NCBI GenBank assembly: GCA_963842125.1
Contig: CAWJFE010000001.1
Coordinates: forward strand, 554,924 to 618,923
Source of the DNA: an uncultured Alphaproteobacteria bacterium
Lineage (GTDB): Bacteria > Pseudomonadota > Alphaproteobacteria > Rhizobiales > CAWCWK01
Length of the DNA stretch: 64,000 nucleotides
Direction: 5' to 3'
The stretch's first letter is position 1. Every line of letters starts with the position of its first letter. This document shows, one piece after another, positions 50,535-61,959 of this stretch. The translations under genes and the position numbers were made by a program. The notes beneath the pieces were generated by a model. It was not told the origin of the DNA. It saw nothing but the letters and a program-made list of their open reading frames with translations, and did not search any database.

Positions 50535-51610
50535 GCGCCCGTTTGAACGCCTCCCGCATCGTCTGCATCGGCGCGGCCCATGTCGACCGCACGGCCCGCG
50601 CGCTGGGCCCGGTCGCGATGGGATCGTCCAACCCCGTCGCGATGCGATCGAGCGTCGGCGGTGTGGCCTGCAACGCCGCCCGCGTCGCCGCCCGGCTGGG
50701 TGCGCAACCCGGTGTCGAAGTCGCCTTCATCGGCCTCGTCGGCGACGACGAGGCCGGCCGGACGGTGCGGGCCGCGCTTCGGGCGGACGGCGTCGACACA
50801 GCCCGCCTCGCTTCGGCGGATGGCGCGACCGCGACCTATACCGCCTTTTTGGACGAGGCGGGCGATCTCGTCGTCGCGCTGGCCGACATGGGCCTCTACG
50901 ACAGGATCGGACCGGAGACGATCGACGCCGCTGCCGACCTCCTCGACGACAGCGCGGTCTGGTTCGCCGACGCGAACCTGCCGGCGGAAACGCTGGGCGC
51001 TCTCTCCGAGGCCTGGGCGCGACGCGTCGCGCGTTGGGAGACGGACCCCTCCGGCACCACGCGCCCCACGCTCGTCCTCGACGCCGTCTCCGTCGCCAAG
51101 GCCGCCCGCACGCGCGACGTGGCTTGCGACCTTCGCTTCATGGGGCGCGACGAGGCGCATGTCGTCTATCCCGGCCTCGACCTCGACGAGATCGCGCGGG
51201 AGGAGGTCCGGCGCGGCGAGATCGCCATCGTCACCTTCGGCGCCGAGGGCTGCGTGGCAATCGGCCACCCCTTCCGCTATCACGCCGTCCGCGCCGCCCC
51301 GGCCGATCTGCGCGACGTGACGGGGGCGGGCGACGCGCTCATCGGCGCCGTCCTCGCGCGGATCGCGGCGGAGCCTTGCCACGCGTCGGACCGGAGCGGC
51401 GAGCGTGTCCATCGGATTGCCGATGCGTTGGAGGACGGCGTCGTGGCCGCCGCCTTCGCCGTGGAGGCGACGGGCAGCATGCCCGCGCGCCTCACCCCGG
51501 CGGCGCTTCGGGAGCGGTTGGCGCAGGCTCGCGACGATCTGCGCTTCTCTGGGAGTACAGCAGAGACCGCCGACCGTTTCGCCGCGCTCTACCGACGTGG
51601 CGCGGTTTGA
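50531..51610 (+). CDS. psuK: PfkB-family carbohydrate kinase, probable pseudouridine kinase
   Basis: IVCIGAAHVD N-terminus and DVTGAGDALIGAVLA ATP/anion-hole motif. Immediately upstream of psuG. TTG start overlaps the TRAP stop codon (start uncertain). Confidence 0.7.
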   Translation: MSARLNASRIVCIGAAHVDRTARALGPVAMGSSNPVAMRSSVGGVACNAARVAARLGAQPGVEVAFIGLVGDDEAGRTVRAALRADGVDTARLASADGATATYTAFLDEAGDLVVALADMGLYDRIGPETIDAAADLLDDSAVWFADANLPAETLGALSEAWARRVARWETDPSGTTRPTLVLDAVSVAKAARTRDVACDLRFMGRDEAHVVYPGLDLDEIAREEVRRGEIAIVTFGAEGCVAIGHPFRYHAVRAAPADLRDVTGAGDALIGAVLARIAAEPCHASDRSGERVHRIADALEDGVVAAAFAVEATGSMPARLTPAALRERLAQARDDLRFSGSTAETADRFAALYRRGAV

Positions 51611-51641
51611 CAAGCACGGCGGGGAGCGCGATGCGATCCTC

Positions 51642-52565
51642 ATGACAGTCTCTTCCCCAGCCGCCCCGCCCCTCACCCTCTCCGACGAGGTCCGCGACGC
51701 CCTCGGTGCCGGCCGCGCCGTCGTGGCGCTCGAATCGACCATCATCGCGCATGGCCTGCCCCGGCCGGACAATCTCGCCGTCGGGCGCGCGCTCGAGGAC
51801 GAGGTGCGCGGCGCTGGCGCCGTGCCCGCCACGATCGCGGTGCTCGACGGTCGCATCCACGCGGGCCTCGGTGCGGCGGAGCTGGAGCGCGTGGCCAACG
51901 AGGACATGCCCAAGCTCTCGCGCCGCGACCTCGCGCTCACGCTCTCGCGCGGCGGCTCGGGCGCGACGACGGTGGCGGCGACGATGATCGGCGCCCATCT
52001 CGCCGGCATCCGCGTCTTCGCCACGGGCGGCATAGGGGGCGTCCACCGGGGGGCGGAGACGAGCTTCGACGTCTCGGCCGATCTCGAAGAGCTCGCCCGC
52101 ACGCCCGTCGCCGTCGTCTGTGCGGGCGCGAAATCGATCCTCGATCTGCCGAAAACGCTCGAAGTGCTGGAGACCAAGGGCGTGCCCGTCATCGGCTATG
52201 GCACCGACGAGCTGCCCGCCTTCTACACGCCGACGAGCGGGCTCGATCTGACCTTGCGCGCCGACACGCCGGGCGAGGTCGCCGCCATGCTCGCCCTGCA
52301 GGCCCGGCTCGGCCTCGAGACCGGCACCGTCATCGCCGCACCCATCCCGGCAGCCGACGCGCTCGAGACCGAGGCCGTCTCCGCCTGGATCGAGGCCGCG
52401 CTCCTCGCCGCCGACGCGCAAGGCGTGGCTGGCAAGGCCGTCACGCCCTTCCTCCTCCAGCACCTCGCCCAGGCGACGGGCGGCGCGGCGCTCAAGGCCA
52501 ACGTCGCCCTCGCCCGCAACAATGCCCGCATCGCCGCCGAGATCGCGGTGGCGCTGGCGGGTTAG
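51642..52565 (+). CDS. psuG: pseudouridine-5'-phosphate glycosidase
   Basis: VVALESTIIAHGLPRPDNL, ATTVAATMIGAHLAGIRVFATGGIGGVHRG, VCAGAKSILDLPKTLEVLETKGVPV. Confidence 0.9.
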   Translation: MTVSSPAAPPLTLSDEVRDALGAGRAVVALESTIIAHGLPRPDNLAVGRALEDEVRGAGAVPATIAVLDGRIHAGLGAAELERVANEDMPKLSRRDLALTLSRGGSGATTVAATMIGAHLAGIRVFATGGIGGVHRGAETSFDVSADLEELARTPVAVVCAGAKSILDLPKTLEVLETKGVPVIGYGTDELPAFYTPTSGLDLTLRADTPGEVAAMLALQARLGLETGTVIAAPIPAADALETEAVSAWIEAALLAADAQGVAGKAVTPFLLQHLAQATGGAALKANVALARNNARIAAEIAVALAG

Positions 52566-52575
52566 GTCCGAAGGA

Positions 52576-52613
52576 GAGGGGTGGGGGCGCACCTTGCCGC
52601 GCCCCCGCCCCTC
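52576..52613 (+). terminator. GC-rich hairpin after psuG (candidate terminator)
   Basis: 15-bp stem gaggggtgggggcgc(52576-90)/gcgcccccgcccctc(52599-613) with one G.U pair. Only a weak T-containing tail (tggcgtcttcc). Confidence 0.4.
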
Positions 52614-52662
52614 TGGCGTCTTCCCCGCGTCGCGCTAGCTTCCCCGGTGAGGGAGAGACGAC

Positions 52663-53367
52663 ATGGCATTGGACTCGTTCGAGGGCGGCACCGCCCTCGT
52701 CATCGGCGCGACGGGCGGGATCGGGCGCGCCGTCGCGTCCGGGATCGAGGCGTCAGGCCGGTTCGATCGCGTGATCGGCCTCGGGCGCTCGACCCGTCCC
52801 GGCATCGACATTCTCGACGAGGCGAGCGTGGCGGCAGCGGCCGGGCATGTCGCGGCGATGGGCGAGCTCCGCCTCGTCTTCGACGCCACGGGCGCGCTCT
52901 CGAAGGATGGGCTGGTGCCCGAGAAGTCCTGGCGCCAGATCGACCCCGCCGCCATGGCCCGCGCCTTCGCGCTCAACGCGATCGGACCGGCGCTCCTCGC
53001 CAAGCATTTCCTTCCGCTCTTCCCGCGCCAGGGCCGCGCGGTCTTCGCCACGCTGTCGGCGCGGGTCGGGTCGATCGCGGATAACGGGCTCGGCGGCTGG
53101 TACAGCTATCGCGCATCGAAGGCGGCACTCAACCAGATCGTGCGCTGCGCCGCGATCGAGCTCGCCCGCTCCCGGCCGGACGCGCTCTGCATCGCCCTTC
53201 ACCCCGGCACCGTCGACACCGGGCTCTCGGAGAGTTTTGCCAAGGCGGGGCTGGAGGTGCAGCCGCCCGATCTGGCGGCCGAGCGGATGCTCACCGTGAT
53301 CGACGGGCTGACCCCGGCCGACAGCGGCGGCTTCCGGGACCATCTCGGCGAGGCGATTCCCTGGTAG
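52663..53367 (+). CDS. short-chain dehydrogenase/reductase (SDR) family oxidoreductase
   Basis: ALVIGATGGIGRAV cofactor motif and YSYRASKAALN catalytic YxxxK. Confidence 0.8.
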   Translation: MALDSFEGGTALVIGATGGIGRAVASGIEASGRFDRVIGLGRSTRPGIDILDEASVAAAAGHVAAMGELRLVFDATGALSKDGLVPEKSWRQIDPAAMARAFALNAIGPALLAKHFLPLFPRQGRAVFATLSARVGSIADNGLGGWYSYRASKAALNQIVRCAAIELARSRPDALCIALHPGTVDTGLSESFAKAGLEVQPPDLAAERMLTVIDGLTPADSGGFRDHLGEAIPW

Positions 53368-53397
53368 GTAGGCCGAGAGCTGCCGTCAGCGCCGCCA

Positions 53398-55119
53398 TCA
53401 TCTTCGCAGCGCAGCGCGGGAGATCTGCCGGCTCAGCAGCAGCACCGGCAGCAGGCTGACGCCGACGATGACGAGCGAGGGGATGGCGGCCTCGGCGAGC
53501 CGCTCGTCGGAGGCGAGGCGGTGGGCCTGGACGGCGAGCGTGTCGTAGTTGAAGGGCCGCATGATGAGCGTCGCGGGCAGCTCCTTCGTCACCTCGACGA
53601 AGACGAGGAGCGCCGCCGTGAAGAGGCCGCCCTTGATGATCGGCACGTGGACGCGCGCCAGCGTTCCGGCCGGCGAGGCGCCCAGCACCCGCGCCGCGCC
53701 GTCGAGCGAGGGCGTCACGCGGGCGAGGCTGGCATTGATGGCGCCGAGCGAGATCGCCATGAAACGGACCGTGTAGCCGAAGAGGAGCGCGGTGATGCTG
53801 CCGGTCAGCAAGAGCCCGGTCGAGACGCCGAAGCGCGCGCGCATGAAGGCGTCGAGCGCATTGTCGAAGCCGGCGAGCGGCACCAGCAGTCCGACGGCCA
53901 CGATCGAGCCCGGCAGCGCGTAGCCGAGGGAGACCATCCGGCTCGACGTCGCCGTCGCCGGGCCTGGGTGGAGCCGCGCCGCATAGGCGAGGAGGAGCCC
54001 GATCGCGACCGCGATGAGCGCGGCCAGGCTCGCCAGCTCGACCGTGTTGACGACGAGGCGAAGGAGGCGGGGCTGCGCGAAGAGCTCCCACCGCGGCCAG
54101 GCGAGGCGGGCCAGGATGAGGATCGGCAGAACGAAGCCGAGGAGGACGGGCAAGGCGCAGGCCGCCGTCGTCGCCCAGCGGCGCCAGCCGCGCAGGGTCA
54201 TCCGGGCGAGATCGCGCTCCTGGCGCGAGCCCCGCTCCGGCACGTGCCGGCGTTGCAATCGCTCGACGACGAGGAGGACGAGGACGATGCCGACGAGGCA
54301 GGCCGCGAGCTGGGTCGCGGCGATACGGTCGCCCATGGCGAACCAGGCGCGGTAGATGCCGGTCGTGAAGGTCGGCACGCCGAAATGGGCGACGGCGCCG
54401 TAGTCGGCCAGCGTCTCCATCAGCACCAGCGCCGTGCCGGCGACGAGGGCCGGGCGCGCCATCGGCAGCGCGATGCGCCGAAACGCCCCCCAGGGCCCGG
54501 TGCCGAGCAGCCGCGCCGCCTCGAAGGCGGGGCCGGACTGGGCGAGGAAGGCGGTGCGCGCGAGGAGATAGACGTACGGGTAGAAGACGCAGGCGAAGAC
54601 GAAGCCGGCACCGCCCAGCGAGCGGATGTTGGGGAACCAGTAGTCGCGCGCGCCCCATCCCGTCAGCGCCCGCAGCCCGGTCTGAACGACGCCCGAATGC
54701 TGGAGCGCGTCGGTATAGGCGTAGGCGACGACATAGGCCGGAATGGTGAGCGGCATCACGAGCGCCCATTCGAGCACCCGCCGGCCCGGAAATTCGCACA
54801 GGCTCACCGCCCAGGCCGTCCCGGTTCCGATGACGAGCGCGCCGAGCCCGGCGATCGCGATGAGCCCGACCGAGTTGGCGACATAGCTGCCCAGCACCGT
54901 GCGTGCGAGATGGGCCCAGGCGCCCTCTCCGCTGAGGAAGACCGAGCCCGCAACCGTGAGGAGCGGCAGCGACAGCAAGGCCGCCACCGCGACGGCCGCG
55001 ACCACGAGGGGGGCGAGGATCGGCGGTCTGGCCCGCTGCGCACCCGGTCTCCCGGCGCGCGGGCGTGGCCCGGTCGGAGGCGATGCCTCAAGCGCTGCCT
55101 TGGGCGGTCCCATCGTCAT
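53398..55119 (-). CDS. two-domain ABC transporter permease of the iron(III)/thiamine (FbpB-like) type
   Basis: 573 aa with two tandem permease halves, each with an EAA-like loop (FEAARLLGTGPWGAFRRIALP and LDGAARVLGASPAGTLARVHVP). Confidence 0.75.
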   Translation of the reverse strand: MTMGPPKAALEASPPTGPRPRAGRPGAQRARPPILAPLVVAAVAVAALLSLPLLTVAGSVFLSGEGAWAHLARTVLGSYVANSVGLIAIAGLGALVIGTGTAWAVSLCEFPGRRVLEWALVMPLTIPAYVVAYAYTDALQHSGVVQTGLRALTGWGARDYWFPNIRSLGGAGFVFACVFYPYVYLLARTAFLAQSGPAFEAARLLGTGPWGAFRRIALPMARPALVAGTALVLMETLADYGAVAHFGVPTFTTGIYRAWFAMGDRIAATQLAACLVGIVLVLLVVERLQRRHVPERGSRQERDLARMTLRGWRRWATTAACALPVLLGFVLPILILARLAWPRWELFAQPRLLRLVVNTVELASLAALIAVAIGLLLAYAARLHPGPATATSSRMVSLGYALPGSIVAVGLLVPLAGFDNALDAFMRARFGVSTGLLLTGSITALLFGYTVRFMAISLGAINASLARVTPSLDGAARVLGASPAGTLARVHVPIIKGGLFTAALLVFVEVTKELPATLIMRPFNYDTLAVQAHRLASDERLAEAAIPSLVIVGVSLLPVLLLSRQISRAALRR

Positions 55120-55372
55120 CCTGCGGTCACCGCGATCCGTCGTTGGTAAAGGGCGTCTATGGCCGGCCTATCGACTGCCGGCAGCGGGGCGGCGTAGCGC
55201 AAGGTCACGGCCGCCCGGGCCCTCGTTCCAAGGTCTTGTTTGCCCACGGCGAAAAAACCTGTCTAGAGTGCCACCCTGAGAGGCCAACGAGATGTGCCTC
55301 GCATGGCCCTTTCGAGCAACCCGGGCACACGGGACGGAAGGACGCGCCGGCGAGGCCGAGAGGGACGGGCGC

Positions 55373-56575
<1,203 letters not shown>

Positions 56576-56696
56576 CGAGATCGACACCGCGATCGGCGCC
56601 CCCCGCGCCCCGCGGCGTTCGGTGAACCCCAGGTGCGGCGCGGTCCGCACCGACACCCCATCACAGACCCCCCAGAGAAACGATCGAGGACACGCA

Positions 56697-57911
56697 ATGC
56701 TGAAGACACTTCTCCTGGCAACCACCGTCACGGTGGCCTCCGCCACGCTCGCCAACGCGGCCTGCCCCTACGAGGTCACGACACCCATCAAGTCGCTCTC
56801 GGCCGGCTTCGAGGCCTGGAAGGCCGTCACCGACGCCATGGCCGAGTGCGGCCCGCTCACGGCCGAGCTCGATCAGGAGTTCCGCGAGAAGCAGCCGGCC
56901 GCCTTCGCCGCCAGCCCCGCACTCTACCAGATCGGCGGCGTCGCCAACTCCACGATCGTGCCGCTGCTCAACGACGGCTCGATCCGCCCGCTCGACAGCC
57001 TGATCGAGGAATTCGCGCCCGACCTCTCCGACAACCTCAAGATCACGATCGACGGCGAGACCATGGCGATCGCCATGATGGTCAACGCGCAGCACCTGAT
57101 GTACCGCCAGGACATCCTCTCCGATCTCGGCCTCGAGACGCCCCAGACCTATGAGGACGTGCTCGCCGCCGCCGAGGCCATCAAGGAGGCCGGCGTCGTC
57201 GACTACCCCTTGGGCGGCACGCTCATGCCGGGCTTCAACCTCGGCATGGAATTCGTGAACATGTATCTCGGCTATGGCGGGGAGTTCTTCAACGCCGACA
57301 AGACGCCGGCCGTCAACAACGAGACGGGCGTCAAGGCGCTTGAGATGCTGAAGGCGCTGACGGCCTATATGGACCCCGAATACCTCGTCTCCGATTCGAC
57401 CTATGTCCAGCAGCAGTTCCAGCAGGGCAAGATCGCGATGGCCAATCTCTGGGCCAGCCGCGCCGGCGCCATGGACGACGAGGCCGAGAGCCAGGTCGTC
57501 GGTCTCGTCGAGATGGCCTCCGCCCCCGGCGTCGAGGGCGGCGATCGACCGGCCTCGACCATCTGGTGGGACGGCATGGTGATCGCGGCCAACGCGACCG
57601 ACGAGGAGGCCGAGGCGGCCTTCAAGCTCATCCTCGGCGGGCTCGACAGCGAGATGGTGCAGGCCAACAACGATGAGGCCGTCTGGCTGATCGAGGGCTA
57701 CGAGCCCGGCCGCCTCGCCGCCGGTGCGGCCGCGACCGCGATGGGCGGCGCCGCCCCCTACCCGGCCTCGACCGAGATGGGCGTCATGCTCAACGCCATC
57801 GGCGACAACATCGCCGACTACCTGACCGACGCCGCCTCCGTCGAGGATACGCTGGCCAAGGTCGAGGACGCCTATACGACCTCGGCGCGCGAGGCCGGCC
57901 TGCTGCAGTAG
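56697..57911 (+). CDS. ABC transporter extracellular solute-binding protein (family 1, sugar type)
   Basis: Signal peptide MLKTLLLATTVTVASATLANA. 404 aa periplasmic binding-protein-like sequence between the ATPase and permease genes. Confidence 0.8.
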   Translation: MLKTLLLATTVTVASATLANAACPYEVTTPIKSLSAGFEAWKAVTDAMAECGPLTAELDQEFREKQPAAFAASPALYQIGGVANSTIVPLLNDGSIRPLDSLIEEFAPDLSDNLKITIDGETMAIAMMVNAQHLMYRQDILSDLGLETPQTYEDVLAAAEAIKEAGVVDYPLGGTLMPGFNLGMEFVNMYLGYGGEFFNADKTPAVNNETGVKALEMLKALTAYMDPEYLVSDSTYVQQQFQQGKIAMANLWASRAGAMDDEAESQVVGLVEMASAPGVEGGDRPASTIWWDGMVIAANATDEEAEAAFKLILGGLDSEMVQANNDEAVWLIEGYEPGRLAAGAAATAMGGAAPYPASTEMGVMLNAIGDNIADYLTDAASVEDTLAKVEDAYTTSAREAGLLQ

Positions 57912-57932
57912 GCGGCCATACGCTGACAAGAC

Positions 57933-57961
57933 CTCCGCCGCCCTCATCAGTCGGCGGAGGC
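57933..57961 (+). promoter_or_regulatory. intra-operon hairpin after the binding-protein gene
   Basis: Perfect 9-bp stem cctccgccg/cggcggagg with an 11-nt loop, 22 bp after the SBP stop. Could act as a partial terminator or mRNA stabiliser, as often seen after SBP genes. Confidence 0.4.
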
Positions 57962-58027
57962 GATGCCTATCGCGGACGCTTCGCAACCGTCCGCCCCTGA
58001 CGGTTTGGCCGACGGAGACGGCGCGCT

Positions 58028-59056
58028 ATGAAACGTGGAACATTCTTCGCCTTCGTCGGCCCCTCGCTGGCGCTGATGTTCGTCTTCATCGCGCTGCCGC
58101 TCGTCAGCGTCTTCATCCAGAGCTTCCAGCTGACGCAGGAACAGTTCGAGGTCGTGACCGAGCGCTCCTGCACGCCGGGCTTCCCGACGCAGGTCTGCAC
58201 CGAGAACCAGGTCACCCGCCCCATGCAGGACGCGGACGGCAACATCATCACGACGACGCGCTGGGTCGGCTTCGACACCTACAAGGTGCTGCTGGCGCCG
58301 GACCGGGTCGCCGCCGCCTTCTCCGAGGGCGGGGGCGGCCTCAAGGCGCTCCTGACGCTCGACTTCTACAAGGCGCTGCGCTTCACGCTCACCTTCAGCC
58401 TCGTCACGCTGCCGCTCGTCATCGGGTTGGGGCTTCTCATCGCGGTCGCGGTCAACAACACGGTGGCGAGCATCCGGGGGCCGGTGATCTTCGTCTCGCT
58501 CCTCCCCTTCATCATCACGCCCGTCATCGGCGCCTTGTCCATCCGCTGGCTCTTCTACGGCGACGGCATCCTCACGGCGGCGCTGGAGAACATTCTCGAC
58601 ACCAACATCTCGATGGCGGCCCAAGGCTGGACGATCGAGCTCTTGATGCTCTTCTACCGCGTCTGGCACGTCGCGCCCTTCGCCTTCGTCGTCTTCTACG
58701 CGGCCCTCCAGACCGTCAATCAGGACGCGCTCGAGGCCGCGATCGTCGACGGCGCGTCGCGCTGGGAGCGGATGCGCTACGTCATCATCCCGCACCTGAT
58801 GCCGCTCATCGTCTTCATCGCGCTCATCCACCTCATGGACAGCTACCGGGTCTTCGAGGAGATCGTCGGCTTCTCCTCGGAGGCGCACCGCATCTCCCTC
58901 CAGTACCTCACCTTCGACTATCTGACGCCCGACGATAGCGGCAACCGCTCGATCGCGCGGGCCTCGGCCTCCTCGATGCTCACCATGGTCGGCATCGTCA
59001 TCCTTCTCGTGCCGCTCATCTATCGAACGTGGCGCGACCAGCGAGGAGCGAAATGA
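58028..59056 (+). CDS. ABC transporter permease (MalF/UgpA-like)
   Basis: 342 aa, 6 TM segments. EAA loop QDALEAAIVDGASRWERMRYVIIP. Confidence 0.85.
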   Translation: MKRGTFFAFVGPSLALMFVFIALPLVSVFIQSFQLTQEQFEVVTERSCTPGFPTQVCTENQVTRPMQDADGNIITTTRWVGFDTYKVLLAPDRVAAAFSEGGGGLKALLTLDFYKALRFTLTFSLVTLPLVIGLGLLIAVAVNNTVASIRGPVIFVSLLPFIITPVIGALSIRWLFYGDGILTAALENILDTNISMAAQGWTIELLMLFYRVWHVAPFAFVVFYAALQTVNQDALEAAIVDGASRWERMRYVIIPHLMPLIVFIALIHLMDSYRVFEEIVGFSSEAHRISLQYLTFDYLTPDDSGNRSIARASASSMLTMVGIVILLVPLIYRTWRDQRGAK

Positions 59057-60267
59057 TGGCCGAGACACGCGCCCTCAAGACGCCGCTCGGCCTCAAGCTC
59101 GCCACCAACGGCTTTTTGATCTTCTGGCTCCTGCTGGCGGCCTTCCCGCTGGTGTGGATCATGGTGATGAGCTTCAAGCTGCCGCTCGACGCCTTTGCCG
59201 AGAACCCGCTCGACGTGCTCTTCGGCCCGGTCACGCGCGGGGCCGTGGGCGGGCTCTCGCTCGTCGACATCGTCGTCGGCGTCGCGGCGCTCTACGGTTT
59301 CTACAAGCTCGCCTTCGGGCGGGGCCCCGGCATGGCGCGCACGCTTGGCGTCGGCGGCCAGGTCTGGCTCGGTTGGATCGCCACCGCCATCGCGCTCGCC
59401 CTCGGCTTCGCGATCACCTTCGTGATCGTGCTGCCCTTCCTTCTCAGCCTCGTCGATATGATCTTGGGTGCCATTCCGGGCGTCCGGCTGCTGGTCGAGC
59501 CCTTGATCGGCGCGACGACGCAGCACTACACCGCCGTCTGGGTGGAGAACGGCTTCTATCGCCAGTTCATCAACTCGCTCATCATCACGGCGGGCGTGGT
59601 GACGATCTCGCTCACCGTCGGCACGCTGGCCGGCTATGCGCTGGCCCGCACCGGCACATCGCTCGCCTTCTGGCTCCTCATCGCGGCGCTCATCTTTCGC
59701 GCCCTCCCCCATTCCGTCCTCGTGACGGGCTACCTGCCCTATTTCATCACCTCGGGGCAGTGGATGCAGCCCTTGTGGGACTGGCCGTTGACGGGCTGGT
59801 TCTTCGGCCTCTTCTCCGACGAGGCGCCGACGCTCTACGGCATGCGGCTCGCCGTCATCATCGTCCTCGTCTCGATCAACCAGCCCTTCACGATCTGGAT
59901 GCTGCGCTCCTTCTTCCAGAACATTCCGGCCGAGCTCGACGAGGCGGCCCGCGTCGACGGCTGCTCGCATTTCGAGGCCTTCTGGCGGGTCATCATGCCG
60001 GTCATGTGGCCGGGCGTCATCACGACCGGGCTCTTCTCGTTCCTTCTCGCCTATAACGACTATCTCGTCACCGCCCTCCTTCTCGACGGCACGACGCGCA
60101 CCATGGTCCCGGCCATCACGCAATATTTCAACATGGAGACGACGACGACCGATCAGGTCGAGGCCGTCGCGGCGGCCGTCTCGATCACGGCGCCCTTGTT
60201 CATCCTCGTCATGGTCTTCCAGCGCCAGATCGTGTCGGGCCTCACGGCCGGCGCGGTGAAGGGATGA
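59053..60267 (+). CDS. ABC transporter permease (MalG/UgpE-like, extended N-terminal region)
   Basis: EAA loop ELDEAARVDGCSHFEAFWRVIMP. ATGATG start overlaps the upstream stop and follows GAGGAG. Confidence 0.85.
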   Translation: MMAETRALKTPLGLKLATNGFLIFWLLLAAFPLVWIMVMSFKLPLDAFAENPLDVLFGPVTRGAVGGLSLVDIVVGVAALYGFYKLAFGRGPGMARTLGVGGQVWLGWIATAIALALGFAITFVIVLPFLLSLVDMILGAIPGVRLLVEPLIGATTQHYTAVWVENGFYRQFINSLIITAGVVTISLTVGTLAGYALARTGTSLAFWLLIAALIFRALPHSVLVTGYLPYFITSGQWMQPLWDWPLTGWFFGLFSDEAPTLYGMRLAVIIVLVSINQPFTIWMLRSFFQNIPAELDEAARVDGCSHFEAFWRVIMPVMWPGVITTGLFSFLLAYNDYLVTALLLDGTTRTMVPAITQYFNMETTTTDQVEAVAAAVSITAPLFILVMVFQRQIVSGLTAGAVKG

Positions 60268-60800
60268 GCGGCGCAAAGGCAGGGGCGAGACCCGAGCAGG
60301 GCGCCCTCACCCGCGACAACGACCTCACGAAGACCGACGAGACGGTCCGCACGGTCGATGCCATGGTCGACGGCCTCAACGATCACGACATCGATGGCAT
60401 GGGCCGCTTCTTCGCGCCCGACTTTCGCTGGATGGGCAATGCCGGCTGCGGCACCAAGAACGGCCTCGCCGAGTTCCAGAACAACTGGCAGCGCCCCTTC
60501 CAGGCCGCCTTCTCCGACAAGGTCTGCATCGACGAGGCGCGCCTCGCGCAAGGCGAATGGATGGCCGCCTTCGGGCGCCAGGAAGCGACCCATTCCGGCA
60601 CCTTCATGGGCATTCCGCCGACGGGCCGGCGCGTGGAGATCCGCTACATGGACTTCTGGAAGGTCACGGACGGACGCATCGCGGACAATTACGTGATGGT
60701 CGATTTCCCGCACGTGATGCGCCAGCTAGGCGTCGATCCCTTCGGAGGCGAAGGCTGGGAGGCCTATGACGACGGCACGCGGACGCCGCCCCGACCGTAA
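60264..60800 (+). CDS. SnoaL-like ester cyclase family protein
   Basis: HSGTFMGIPPTGRRVEIRYMDFWKVTDGRIADNYVMVD matches the ester-cyclase (SnoaL-like) C-terminal pattern. ATGA overlap with the permease gene. Confidence 0.7.
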   Translation: MSGAKAGARPEQGALTRDNDLTKTDETVRTVDAMVDGLNDHDIDGMGRFFAPDFRWMGNAGCGTKNGLAEFQNNWQRPFQAAFSDKVCIDEARLAQGEWMAAFGRQEATHSGTFMGIPPTGRRVEIRYMDFWKVTDGRIADNYVMVDFPHVMRQLGVDPFGGEGWEAYDDGTRTPPRP

Positions 60801-60824
60801 CCGGGTCGGGCGAGGCACGCGCCG

Positions 60825-61028
60825 TCAGCGACCGGCCGTGCTGGTGCCGATCAGACGGTAGAGCGGGCAGAAGCGCACCAGCGCCGTCAGGATGAGCACC
60901 CAGCCGATGGCGGCCAGAAGCCAGACGACCCAGCCCTCGGTATAGAGATAGGCGACGACGACGAGGGCGAGGCCGACGACGATCCGCAGGATGCGGTCGG
61001 TACTGCCGATGTTGGCGGTCTTGAACAT
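60825..61028 (-). CDS. DUF2892 (YgaP-like) small membrane protein
   Basis: NIGSTDRILRIVVGLALV...LVRFCPLYRLIG is the DUF2892 pattern. 67 aa from the ATG at 61028, preceded by GAGGAGA. Confidence 0.7.
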   Translation of the reverse strand: MFKTANIGSTDRILRIVVGLALVVVAYLYTEGWVVWLLAAIGWVLILTALVRFCPLYRLIGTSTAGR

Positions 61029-61299
61029 GACGGGTTCTCCTCGATCGAGCGGGCGCGAGCACCCCACGGCCTTGCGCGTCGTTCGGGCACGCAGGGTCTC
61101 GCGATTCGCGAAACCGTAGCAGGCCCGGCCGCCCCGCGTCTTGCGCAGGATCAAAACATGCGTGCGGGAAACGCGCGTGCTGGAAGAGAGGCAGTCGCGA
61201 AGACCGGAGCGGCCCCGGGGGATGCGTCACCCGCGGCCCTCTCCAAAGTTCGGCCGCGCGCCTATATAGAAGGCCTCCCTACAAGAGCGAGCCCGTCCG

Positions 61300-61959
61300 A
61301 TGTTCTTCTCCCGCAAGCCCCTCGCCGTCACCGCCCCCGATCAGGCCCTGCCCGGCCGCGACGCGGCGATCCCGACCGCCGTCCGCCATGCCGTCAACGG
61401 CACCGACCTCAAGGCCCCGCTCACCGACGGGCAGGCCGAGATCGTCGTCGCGCTGGGCTGCTTCTGGGGCGCGGAGCGTTTGTTCTGGCAGTTGCCGGGC
61501 GTCGTCTCCACGTCCGTCGGCTATGCCGGCGGCACGACGCCCAACCCGACCTACGCGGAAGTCTGTTCCGGCGAGACGGGCCACACCGAGGTCGTCCGCG
61601 TCGTCTACGATCCGGCCGAGATAACGCTCGATCAGCTCCTCAAGACGTTCTGGGAAGGCCACGACCCGACGCAGGGCATGCGACAGGGCAATGATGTCGG
61701 CACGCAGTACCGCTCGGCCATCTACACGTCGAGCGACGAGCAGCTCGCCGCCGCGAAGGCCTCCAAAACCGCCTACGAGGTGCAGTTGAAAGCCCAAGGC
61801 TTCGACGCCATCACCACCGAGATCGCGCCCGCCGGACCCTATTACTACGCCGAGGCCGACCACCAGCAATATCTCCACAAGAACCCGCGCGGCTATTGCG
61901 GGCTCGGCGGCACGGGCGTCACGTGCCCGATCGGGGTCGGGGTCGAGGCGGCGGAGTGA
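61300..61959 (+). CDS. msrA: peptide-methionine (S)-S-oxide reductase
   Basis: Active-site [33 protein letters not shown]. Confidence 0.9.
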   Translation: MFFSRKPLAVTAPDQALPGRDAAIPTAVRHAVNGTDLKAPLTDGQAEIVVALGCFWGAERLFWQLPGVVSTSVGYAGGTTPNPTYAEVCSGETGHTEVVRVVYDPAEITLDQLLKTFWEGHDPTQGMRQGNDVGTQYRSAIYTSSDEQLAAAKASKTAYEVQLKAQGFDAITTEIAPAGPYYYAEADHQQYLHKNPRGYCGLGGTGVTCPIGVGVEAAE

